Source: Dehalococcoidia bacterium (lineage in GTDB: Bacteria > Chloroflexota > Dehalococcoidia > Lucifugimonadales > UBA2985). Taken from it: a stretch of 64,000 nucleotides of DNA. Shown piece by piece: positions 56,259-64,000 of the stretch (position 1 is its first letter; each line of letters starts with the position of its first letter). The stretch is from NCBI GenBank assembly GCA_965247535.1, contig OZ252018.1, positions 437,046 to 501,045 on the forward strand, in the 5' to 3' direction. Below the pieces are notes generated by a model. It worked only from the letters and a program-made list of their open reading frames with translations, searched no databases and had not been told where the DNA came from. Made by a program: the position numbers and the translations under genes.

Positions 56259-57074
56259 GTGCACCGGTTCTTCGTAGACCCCGGTTGCATTCGCGAGGGG
56301 CGCGCCATCGTGGAAGGCGCGGTCGCAAGGCAGGTCTCGCAGGTGCTCCGGATTCGCGCTGGAGAGAGCATCGCGCTGATGGACGGCTCGGGCCGGGGGT
56401 GGGTCGTGCTGCTCAGCAGCGTATCGCCGTCCAGGCTGGAGGGAGACGTTGTGCGCGAGTCGTTCCTGAGCGGCGAGCCGGGCGTGTCCGTCACTCTATT
56501 CCAGGGCATCCTCAAGGGCGAGAAGTTCGAGATGGTGCTACAGAAAGGGACGGAGCTGGGCATCTCCACATTCGTTCCGGTGGAGTGCCGCCGCAGCATA
56601 CCGAGAGCCGCCGGAGGCCGCGCCGACACCAGGTTCAGGCGGTGGCAGAGCATCGTGCGGGAGGCGGCCGAGCAGTCGGGCAGGACGCGCATCCCAGTCG
56701 TGGAGGCTCAGGTTTCGCTTGGCGATGCGCTGGGGTCGGCGCGGGGCGTGACGCTCATTGCCTGGGAGGGTGAGCGAGAGACCGGGCTCAGGGAGGCGCT
56801 GGCGGAGGGGCTCGAACGGGCCCGCGTTGAGGGACTAGGCCTGCTGGTTGGCCCGGAGGGTGGCTTCGATCCGGCTGAGGTGGAGCTGGCTATGGAGGCG
56901 GGCGCGGCGCCGGTCAGCCTCGGCAGGCGAACGCTGCGGAGCGAGACTGCCGGCCTTGCCATGACGGCCGCGGTGATGTACGAGATGGGCGAGCTCGGCA
57001 GTCCGAGCGGCGACGCCGGAGGCACGCGCGCGGGCCAGACCGTGCTCCGCGAACAGAGCGGCGTGCTGGACTGA
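56259..57074 (+). CDS. rsmE: 16S rRNA (uracil1498-N3)-methyltransferase
   Basis: MHRFFV N-terminus with a GTG start and a SPOUT C-terminal half (LLVGPEGGF...E). Conserved dnaJ-prmA-rsmE order. Confidence 0.85.
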   Translation: MHRFFVDPGCIREGRAIVEGAVARQVSQVLRIRAGESIALMDGSGRGWVVLLSSVSPSRLEGDVVRESFLSGEPGVSVTLFQGILKGEKFEMVLQKGTELGISTFVPVECRRSIPRAAGGRADTRFRRWQSIVREAAEQSGRTRIPVVEAQVSLGDALGSARGVTLIAWEGERETGLREALAEGLERARVEGLGLLVGPEGGFDPAEVELAMEAGAAPVSLGRRTLRSETAGLAMTAAVMYEMGELGSPSGDAGGTRAGQTVLREQSGVLD

Positions 57075-57101
57075 CTGGGACGCAATCGAAGGAGGTGCAC
57101 G

Positions 57102-57533
57102 ATGGCGCAGATGAACGATCTCCGGGAGGCGTACTCCGGCCTGGACCACAGCTACGAGGTGCGAGGCGAGTCCGAAATCGACGCCTCATGCCTGCTGGCG
57201 TTCGATTACGACTACCCCGGCAGCGAGTGCGAGGTGGCGCTGGACACCGACGAGTTCACGGCGGTGTGTCCGTGGACGGGTTTGCCGGATTTCGGGACGC
57301 TCACAGTGCGCTACGTGCCCGAAAGGGCGCTTCTGGAGCTGAAGTCGTTCAAGTACTACCTGCTGTCGTACAGGCAGGTGGGGATAGTGCAGGAGCACGC
57401 TGCCAACCGGATTCTGCAAGATCTCGTGGCAGTGTGCCGGCCGGTGCGCATGTGCCTTACGCTGGACTACAAGACACGCGGCGGCGTCCACACGACGGTC
57501 GAGGTGAGTTACAGCGCGCCGGAGGCCAGCTAG
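57102..57533 (+). CDS. queF: NADPH-dependent 7-cyano-7-deazaguanine (preQ0) reductase
   Basis: 143 aa. Catalytic Cys context FTAVCPWTGLPDFG and the QueF motif ELKSFKYYLLSYR. Confidence 0.9.
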   Translation: MAQMNDLREAYSGLDHSYEVRGESEIDASCLLAFDYDYPGSECEVALDTDEFTAVCPWTGLPDFGTLTVRYVPERALLELKSFKYYLLSYRQVGIVQEHAANRILQDLVAVCRPVRMCLTLDYKTRGGVHTTVEVSYSAPEAS

Positions 57534-57667
57534 CCCGCTCTTGGTGAGCCGAGAGTTTACCCTGAGCCCAGCCGAGGGGAACCATGTGAGCGGGTCGTTG
57601 CGAGCCGTCCGCTCATGTCCTTCGACGAGCTCAGGATGAGCGGACCGCCACGGCGCGTGGCACCTGC

Positions 57668-57982
57668 TCAGCCCGAAGGTTGCACCAGTACGTCGTCACC
57701 GTCCACGCGGACGGCGTATGTGGCGACCGGTTCGTAGGCCGGCGGGCTGGCCGGCTCGCCGGTTGTCACGTCGAACTCGCTGCCGTGGCAGGGACAGACC
57801 AGCATCCGGCCGTCGACGTCACCCTCCGACAGCGAGCACCCCGCGTGGGTGCATTCGTCCGCCACGGCGTACAGCTCGCCTTCCACGTTCACCAGAGCCA
57901 CTCGCTCGCCGTCCACCTCCGCGAGAACCACCTGTCCCGGCGACACGTCTGATATCGAGGCCACCTTCACGAAATCTGCCAC
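57668..57982 (-). CDS. Rieske [2Fe-2S] ferredoxin-type protein
   Basis: CTHAGCSL...CPCHGSEF. I prefer GTG 57982, which has GGAGGT 6 nt upstream, over the longer ORF (ATG 58021/58132) that has no SD. Confidence 0.85.
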   Translation of the reverse strand: MADFVKVASISDVSPGQVVLAEVDGERVALVNVEGELYAVADECTHAGCSLSEGDVDGRMLVCPCHGSEFDVTTGEPASPPAYEPVATYAVRVDGDDVLVQPSG

Positions 57983-58131
57983 GGTTCTACCTCCGACGAT
58001 GGTATTCTTTGCCGGGAACATGTTATCACTATGAATGCGACCTGTCAGCATGAGAGCGCGGCAGTCCCCGCAGGCATTTCCTGCGGTCATGTGATAGGAT
58101 AGCGGGAATACATACGACAAGAGGGTTCCCA

Positions 58132-59349
58132 TTGCAGGACCGGGAGGATACGTCCCAGGAAACAGAAGGCATCACCTCAGGCCAGCGGCTCACGCTGCTG
58201 GTGGTCGCGGTGGCCGGGCACGGCCTCAAGCACACCTTCAATGCCGCATTCTTTGTGCTCCTGCCTGAGATCAAGGCCGGCCTTGGGCTGAGCAACGCGC
58301 AGATTGGCCTGATGTCCACGTTCCGCAACGTGGCAGGCGGTCTCGCCAACATTCCGGCTGGGTACACCGGCGATCGGTTTGCCAACCAGCGCGCTGAGGT
58401 GCTGGGCCTGACCATGATCCTGGTGGCGGTGTTCGCGCTGGCGCTGGGCTTTGCAACAAACTTCCTAGTGGCGTTGGTAGCCGCCTCGCTGTTCACGGTC
58501 GCCATCACCTTCTGGCACCCTTCGGCCATAGCGTCACTCTCCAGGGAGTTCGCGTCGCGCCGGGGATTTGCAATCTCGCTGCATGGCACGGGTGGGAGCA
58601 TCGGCGAGACGCTGGGTCCCGTGCTCGTAGGCGTGCTCTTGGGGGTGGTGACCTGGAGGGTGATTCTTCAGGGCAGCATTGCGCCCGGGCTGCTGTTCGG
58701 CGTGGTGATCTGGGTTGTGCTGAAGGGAATACCAGCTCGCTGGCCTTCCTCGGTGAGCATGAGGGCGTACATGGGGTCCGTGGGAGGACTGCTGAAGAAC
58801 CGGCGACTGCTGCTCGTGCTGCTCTTCGCGGCAGGGTTTGTGGGAGGGCAGAGCACCGTGCTGACCTTCCTGCCGATCTACCTGGAAGAAGACCTGGGAG
58901 TATCGACCACGGCGCGAGGCCTGTACCTGTCGCTTGCGCAGGTGGCCGGCATTGTGTCGCAGCCGTTGCTGGGCTACGCATCGGACCGGATTGGGCGCAG
59001 GCTTGTGCTGACGCCCAGCTTGATCGCGCTTGGTCTCGCCAGCATCGGGCTGAGCGTGGCGCCGGCCGGCTGGATGTTCGCTCTGGTGGTGCTTGGCATG
59101 GGGGCGTTCCTGTTCCCCATGATGTCCATTCTGCTGGCCTCCGCGATGGACCTTGTTTCACTGGGGGCGCAGGCCACCACAGTGTCCCTTGTGTTTGGCT
59201 CAGCCATTGTGGTCTCGGCGTTTGCGCCGCTGATAGCCGGGATATTGGCCGATGCGGAAGGCACGCGGGCCGCGTTCCTGTTCGGCGCGGGCGTGGTGCT
59301 GGTCACCGCGTTCCTGACGATTGTAACCAGGTGGCAGCCGTCGCGTTGA
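58132..59349 (+). CDS. MFS transporter
   Basis: 405 aa and polytopic. The start (TTG 58132) is uncertain. Confidence 0.75.
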   Translation: MQDREDTSQETEGITSGQRLTLLVVAVAGHGLKHTFNAAFFVLLPEIKAGLGLSNAQIGLMSTFRNVAGGLANIPAGYTGDRFANQRAEVLGLTMILVAVFALALGFATNFLVALVAASLFTVAITFWHPSAIASLSREFASRRGFAISLHGTGGSIGETLGPVLVGVLLGVVTWRVILQGSIAPGLLFGVVIWVVLKGIPARWPSSVSMRAYMGSVGGLLKNRRLLLVLLFAAGFVGGQSTVLTFLPIYLEEDLGVSTTARGLYLSLAQVAGIVSQPLLGYASDRIGRRLVLTPSLIALGLASIGLSVAPAGWMFALVVLGMGAFLFPMMSILLASAMDLVSLGAQATTVSLVFGSAIVVSAFAPLIAGILADAEGTRAAFLFGAGVVLVTAFLTIVTRWQPSR

Positions 59350-59455
59350 GGCGCGGCCACTGGGGTGCGCCCGTTTGCGGATCCTGAGTGCCCATGTTTG
59401 TTGACAAGGCCGCCATCGTGTTCCTACAATCAACTACTACCATGCGGGACTTAAG

Positions 59456-60157
59456 ATGACCATCGCACAGCAGCTCTACGACCTCCTAGGCATCGATGGC
59501 GAGCTTGACAGGTGCAGAAGCTCCATCGCCTCCATCGACGAGACCCTGGCGGACGACAAGACGCTCCGGGATCGCCGCCGGGTCGTGGAGGCGGGTCGCG
59601 CCGTCCTCGGCCGGCAGGAGACGGAGCGCCGCGACATTGAGCTCCTGATCGGCTCTTCCCAGGAGAAGGGCAAGCAGCTCGAGGAGAACCTCTACGGCGG
59701 CTCCGTGCGCAACTCCAGGGAGCTGGAGGGCATGAACACGGAGCTTAACCTTCTCAAGGAGAACCAGCGAAGGCAGGAGGAGGGACTCCTCCGCGCCCTG
59801 GAGGCGATCGAAGATACGGAGCGCAAGCTGGGGAGGCTTGAGGGCGGCCTGCGAGAGATGGAGGAGACGCGCGAGCAACAGCGCGTAGACCACCTCGGCC
59901 AGCGGGCGCAGCTGGAGGCAAGAACCGAGGCGCTGGAGGAGCGGCGAAGGGGCATGGCGTCGCAGGTGAGCCCTGAGCACCTCCGCCTCTACGACAGGAT
60001 GCGCGTCGCGCGTCAGGGTCACGCCGTTTCCCGCGTCGAGCGCGGGGTATGCGGAGGCTGCCGCATCTCGCTGCCAAGCAGGGTGGTCCAGCAGGCCCGC
60101 ACGTCGGAGCGTCCTGTACAGTGTCCAAGCTGCAGCCGCATTCTCTTCGTGAGCTAG
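59456..60157 (+). CDS. COG1579-type coiled-coil protein with a C-terminal C4 zinc ribbon
   Basis: A long coiled coil, then CGGCRISLP...VQCPSCSRILF. Confidence 0.8.
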   Translation: MTIAQQLYDLLGIDGELDRCRSSIASIDETLADDKTLRDRRRVVEAGRAVLGRQETERRDIELLIGSSQEKGKQLEENLYGGSVRNSRELEGMNTELNLLKENQRRQEEGLLRALEAIEDTERKLGRLEGGLREMEETREQQRVDHLGQRAQLEARTEALEERRRGMASQVSPEHLRLYDRMRVARQGHAVSRVERGVCGGCRISLPSRVVQQARTSERPVQCPSCSRILFVS

Positions 60158-60163
60158 AATTCC

Positions 60164-61522
60164 ATGAGGGCAATAGGGTACTTCTGTGCCCAGGCAGGGC
60201 CTGGGGCCGAGACTGCGATTCTCGAACAGCAGGAAGCCTTTGACGCCTACTGCCGGAGGAACCGGCACCAGACGGTTGCCACGTTCACGGAGGACTCCCC
60301 GGACGGAGACCACTCCGGCTTCGAGGAGATGCTCAACCACATGAGGTCCTCCGGCTCCGAGTATCTGGTCGTGCTGCCCGACGCCCACTACGTAGGCGAC
60401 AGCATGGAGGCGGTGGTCCGCCGCGTGCTCGAGCTCGACGCCCTGCGCGCCAAGGTGGTGTGCAGCGATAGCGAGATGCCGGACCCGCTCCAGCAGACCC
60501 TCAGGCACTGGCGCAAGGGAGGCTCGCGAGGCGAACGCATCCGCTCGGCCATGATGGCCAAGGCGCTCAGGGGCGAGGGCCTCGGCAAGCCTCCGTACGG
60601 CTACGCCATCGGATCGGATGGCAGGCTGGAGGTTGTGCCTGAGGAGAGCGAGGCGGTGCGTCTGATCTTTCGCATGTACAACCGGGACGGCGTGGGCATG
60701 AGACGCATTGTGCGCAGTCTGAACGAGAAGGGAGTGCCCACCCGGGGAGGCCGCGGCTGGAGCCTGGTTACGGTCAGGGACGTGCTGCGGAACCGGTCTT
60801 ACCTGGGCACGTATACGCGCTTCGGCTTGAGGGTGCCTGCCAATCACCCCGCCATCATCGACCGGGATGATTTCCGGCTTGCGCAGGAGAAGATGGAGCG
60901 GGGCAGGACAAGACGCAGAGCGTCACATCCATCCGAACCGTTCCTGCTCTCCGGACTGGCATACTGCGCCAACTGCGGCAATCGCATGATGGGCGTCAGC
61001 CGCCGCCAGGGATGGCGCCGCAAGGATGGCACCAGCAGCGTGGGCCAGTACAGGTACTACCAGTGCCAGTCCCGCGCCAACCAGGGCACCTGCGGCTACC
61101 ACACGTGGCGCGCCGGAGACCTGGAGGAGGCGGCGCTGCAGGCCACCAGGGATGGACTGGAACGCGGAGAGCTGGCGATTGACGGGGGCGCGTACCTGGG
61201 CCAAGCCTCGGACGACGCCGACGGGCTCCACGCGGACGCGCGCTTCATGCGGGAGCTGGAGAGGACCGCAGCCGGACTGACCTCGCTGGAGAGGCTCCGC
61301 TCGGTGGTGGCGGAGCTCGACGTCGCGAGAGCGGGCGCGGGCGGCAGCCTGCCGGACGCAGTTCGAGACTCGCTGGCGGCGGGCGACGTTGCAGCCCTGC
61401 TGCAGGAGTGGGACACGCTGGAGGGCGCGGCCGCCGGGCGTGTGCTGCGGGCGCTGGTGTCACGCGTGGCCGTGAGCGACGGCTCTGTTAAGGTGACACC
61501 GGTTTTGGCCGGAAGCGGGTAG
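60164..61522 (+). CDS. Large serine recombinase homologue with a degenerate catalytic domain
   Basis: Recombinase domain (PPYGY...VRLIFRMY...GMRRIVRSLNEKGVPT..G..W....V..VLRNRSYLGTY) and zinc ribbon (CANCG...YYQC). The N-terminus reads RAIGYFCAQAG where Y-x-R-V-S is expected. Confidence 0.75.
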   Translation: MRAIGYFCAQAGPGAETAILEQQEAFDAYCRRNRHQTVATFTEDSPDGDHSGFEEMLNHMRSSGSEYLVVLPDAHYVGDSMEAVVRRVLELDALRAKVVCSDSEMPDPLQQTLRHWRKGGSRGERIRSAMMAKALRGEGLGKPPYGYAIGSDGRLEVVPEESEAVRLIFRMYNRDGVGMRRIVRSLNEKGVPTRGGRGWSLVTVRDVLRNRSYLGTYTRFGLRVPANHPAIIDRDDFRLAQEKMERGRTRRRASHPSEPFLLSGLAYCANCGNRMMGVSRRQGWRRKDGTSSVGQYRYYQCQSRANQGTCGYHTWRAGDLEEAALQATRDGLERGELAIDGGAYLGQASDDADGLHADARFMRELERTAAGLTSLERLRSVVAELDVARAGAGGSLPDAVRDSLAAGDVAALLQEWDTLEGAAAGRVLRALVSRVAVSDGSVKVTPVLAGSG

Positions 61523-61637
61523 TGCCTCAGTTTGAAATGCGGCGTCGTGTGCTACCTTCGCAATACGGTTCGGAACTTACCCTATCTTTGCACAATCCCA
61601 GACAATAGGGCGGGAACGGAGCCACTTACATCAACTC

Positions 61638-62330
61638 ATGAAGAAACAGTACTTCGCAGACAAGCGAGACTACCTGAAATACAGCATTCTTCGGCATCTG
61701 CTAGCTCAGGGAATCAGCATCACCGTCTGTTGGATGATGACTCCGGACGATCAGACAGGACAGGGAGCGCAGAAGCGTTACCTGCAGAATCCGAAGAGAT
61801 GGCGGAGCTTCGACCCTTACGTCTTCGACACTCTCAAAGCGCAAGTGGACGGTGGATTCGCTGACATCAAGTCAATGGAACGCGAGGGGCCGATTTCAAG
61901 CTGTCGCTTCTATTGGGAGTGCTTTCAGCCTGATTTCGTCAGCCGGAAGCGATACCTTGATGATTGCCTGCACATGGCATCCGGCACTGACCTCGTGTTC
62001 TTCGACCCCGACATCGGACCTGAGCCTGAGAAGCCGAAAGATATGGACAAGTATGTGCTTTGGGATGAAATTGAGCGCACATACCACCTGGGTCACTCTG
62101 TGATGGTATTCAACTTCCTGCGTGGCGGAATGTCGAGCAAGAACAATCTGGTTGCCACGAGGAGGGAGTTACTTCAGCGCAAACTGCCTAAGGCGGCCGT
62201 AACCGTTCTTCGTTCTCATGACCTCGCGTTCTACTTTGCCGTGCATAACACACACGGCTATGCATTCGACCGGGCCACTCGGGCAATCTTGGACGGTTGG
62301 AAGATGCAGGTACTCGTAGGGGAAAGCTAG
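61638..62330 (+). CDS. Orphan 230-aa protein (AT-rich gene)
   Basis: A clean ORF in a low-GC patch. The most conserved-looking segments are FADKRDYLKYSILRHLL and LVFFDPDIGPEP. No family assigned. Confidence 0.55.
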   Translation: MKKQYFADKRDYLKYSILRHLLAQGISITVCWMMTPDDQTGQGAQKRYLQNPKRWRSFDPYVFDTLKAQVDGGFADIKSMEREGPISSCRFYWECFQPDFVSRKRYLDDCLHMASGTDLVFFDPDIGPEPEKPKDMDKYVLWDEIERTYHLGHSVMVFNFLRGGMSSKNNLVATRRELLQRKLPKAAVTVLRSHDLAFYFAVHNTHGYAFDRATRAILDGWKMQVLVGES

Positions 62331-62428
62331 CCCTAGCGGGCAAAACTTCTGCTTTCGAACTGAGACCCTACCCGGAAGCGCCTCGCTTTGACCCGCGGTC
62401 GAGTGCAGTGCTACACTGCATCGACGTT

Positions 62429-62781
62429 GATAGGTAGGCTGGGTGATCGCTCTGACGCTGTCAGGGAGGAAAGTCCGAGCTCCACTGGGCAGGATGCTGG
62501 CTAACGGCCAGGCGGGGAAACCCGACGGAAAGTGCCACAGAAAACATACCGCCCCGCACGCGGGGTAAGGGCGAACCGGTGAGGCAAGAGCTCACCGCTC
62601 CGGTGGCAACACCGGGGGCACGGTAAACCCCATCCGGAGCAAGGCCGAATAGGAGGACCAAGGGCGCCCGGCCTGTCCTCGGGTTGGCTGCTAGAGGCGC
62701 TGGGCAACCGGCGTCCCAGATAGATGATCGCCATCCCGTCGTTAGATGGGATACAGAACTCGGCTTACAGGCCTGCCTATC
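62429..62781 (+). ncRNA. rnpB: RNase P RNA, bacterial type A
   Basis: GAGGAAAGTCCGAGCTCC, CACAGAAAACATACCGCC, GGTAAGGGCGAA, GGTAAACCCCATCCGGAGCAAGGCCGAATAGG, ACAGAACTCGGCTTAC. P1 pairs GATAGGTAGGCTGG with CAGGCCTGCCTATC. Confidence 0.9.
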
Positions 62782-62843
62782 AACGGCGCCCTGCATCGGC
62801 CAGTCCGACGCAGCCACGATCCTGTTCTCCCGGGGCCACACAC

Positions 62844-63656
62844 ATGACCACGTTCGCGACACCTTACGGCGATCCCATCGACTCACAGAGCATTCGCTCC
62901 GCGCTCACTACAACCGTGATGGGCTGCCGCGTCGACTACCTGCCCTCCACGCGCTCCACTATGGACGACGCGCGCCGCGCCGCCGCGGAGGGCGCGCCGG
63001 ACGGCACGCTAATAGTAGCGGACGAGCAGTCGGCGGGGCGCGGCCGGTTCCAAAGGACCTGGGTGTCGCCGCCGGGCGTCAACCTGTACATTTCTCTGCT
63101 GCTGCGGCCGTCGCATGAAGTGGCATCGCAGCTGTCCATGATGGCGCCGCTGGCGCTTGCTCGCGCGCTCCGCCGCGTGGCCGCCGGCCGGGGCGGCGCC
63201 GTTACGATCAAGTGGCCCAACGACGTTCGCATGGGAGGCAGGAAGATAGGTGGCATCCTAATCGAAAGCTCTCTGGGGCAGGACGGCGCTGAGGGCTTTT
63301 CGATCGTTGGGATAGGCGTGAACGTGAACTTCGACCCTGCGGACCACCCGGAGATTCGGGACATCGCCACGGGACTGCTCGGCGAGCTGGGCCGGCACGT
63401 GCCGCGAGTGGAGCTCCTGTCCGCGCTGATGGAGGAAACGGAGGAGCTGTACCTTGCGCTGGGGCAGGGTATCTCGGTGCGCGAGGAGTGGGCGTTGTTG
63501 CTGGACACGCTGGGCCAGCGCGTGAGTGTAGCCTGGGGCGATGTGGTGTACTTGGGAACTGCCGAAGGTGTGGACGACGAGGGCGGGTTGCTGCTGCGCC
63601 TAGCCGACGGCAGCATCGAGAGCTTTCCGGCGGGCGAGGTGACGCTGAGCGTGTGA
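62844..63656 (+). CDS. birA: Biotin--[acetyl-CoA-carboxylase] ligase
   Basis: ATG 62844, chosen because the longer ORF overlaps rnpB. Motifs: QSAGRGRFQRTWVSPPG and KWPNDV. Confidence 0.9.
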   Translation: MTTFATPYGDPIDSQSIRSALTTTVMGCRVDYLPSTRSTMDDARRAAAEGAPDGTLIVADEQSAGRGRFQRTWVSPPGVNLYISLLLRPSHEVASQLSMMAPLALARALRRVAAGRGGAVTIKWPNDVRMGGRKIGGILIESSLGQDGAEGFSIVGIGVNVNFDPADHPEIRDIATGLLGELGRHVPRVELLSALMEETEELYLALGQGISVREEWALLLDTLGQRVSVAWGDVVYLGTAEGVDDEGGLLLRLADGSIESFPAGEVTLSV

Positions 63657-63689
63657 CGGCGCGCCGAGCGGCGCTGGCGAAACGCCAGG

Positions 63690-64000
63690 CTACGGCGTCT
63701 CTGCGGGCACCGCAATGTACACGCCGTCGTCGCGGCTGAGCACGTAGAGGCTGCCGTCCAGACCCCTCCCGAACGAGGTGATGGCCAGGTCCGAGTCCAC
63801 AAGCAGCTGCGGCTCGGTTGCGGTCTCGCCGTCATAGCTGATGCCCCAGATGCGGCCGGTGCAGAAGTCAGCGTAGACGTAGGCGCCCACCAGCCCCGGC
63901 AGGTCGCTGCCGCGGTAGACGTGACCGCCGGTGACTGAGCAGCCTTCGCTGCGGCCGTACTCGGCCACGGGCATCTCCAGGCCTGCGGTATCGCATCCCT
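63690..64000 (-). CDS. Beta-propeller sugar dehydrogenase-like protein (PQQ-dependent GDH/sorbosone-DH family), C-terminal part; gene continues beyond the window
   Basis: GCSVTGGHVYRGSDLPGLVGAYVYADFCTGRIWG is typical of the family. The stop is at 63690-63692. Confidence 0.55.
   Translation of the reverse strand, partial: GCDTAGLEMPVAEYGRSEGCSVTGGHVYRGSDLPGLVGAYVYADFCTGRIWGISYDGETATEPQLLVDSDLAITSFGRGLDGSLYVLSRDDGVYIAVPAETP

Noticed and set aside
59486-60847. 453-aa minus-strand ORF.
   Set aside because: It is antisense to the COG1579 and recombinase genes, which have recognisable domains.

Overview
High-GC bacterial chromosomal segment, roughly 60-65% GC by eye, with several clearly AT-richer patches. 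I support about 60 protein genes, three tRNAs with encoded CCA (Ala-GGC, Asn-GTT, Lys-TTT) and a type-A RNase P RNA. The backbone is housekeeping: NAD synthase, RNase Y-YmdB, PlsY, signal peptidase I, DnaJ-PrmA-RsmE, QueF, BirA, M16/M42 peptidases and transporters. The rny-ymdB and dnaJ-prmA-rsmE synteny, plus many lipoproteins with Thr/Pro-rich linkers, suggest a Chloroflexota-like Terrabacteria lineage; this is inference only.

Leads, in rough order of interest:
1. A DsbA/FrnE-family gene whose first redox Cys is replaced by an in-frame TGA (U-P-W-C), a candidate selenoprotein that gene callers would split.
2. An AT-rich 2-kb cassette next to tRNA-Lys, flanked by a 10-bp direct repeat. It encodes a single-polypeptide ABC-ATPase/Toprim protein of the OLD / fused-PARIS type.
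3. Three tandem paralogous lipoproteins built from plant-type 24-residue LRRs.
4. An orphan ~200-nt structured transcript carrying a 16-17 nt perfect complement to the 16S rRNA 3' end.
5. A family of ~100-nt repeats derived from a tRNA 3' end. They follow tRNA-Ala and mark an integrase-less island that contains a 518-aa orphan protein.
6. A candidate type II restriction-modification pair with a compositionally foreign nuclease gene.
7. A large-serine-recombinase homologue without the catalytic Ser, plus an orphan gene, wedged between a COG1579 gene and rnpB.

Many long ORFs in the supplied track are antisense shadows of real genes, as expected in GC-rich DNA and in the LRR repeats. I did not annotate them. 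All calls come from reading the sequence and translations by eye; no searches or folding programs were run.
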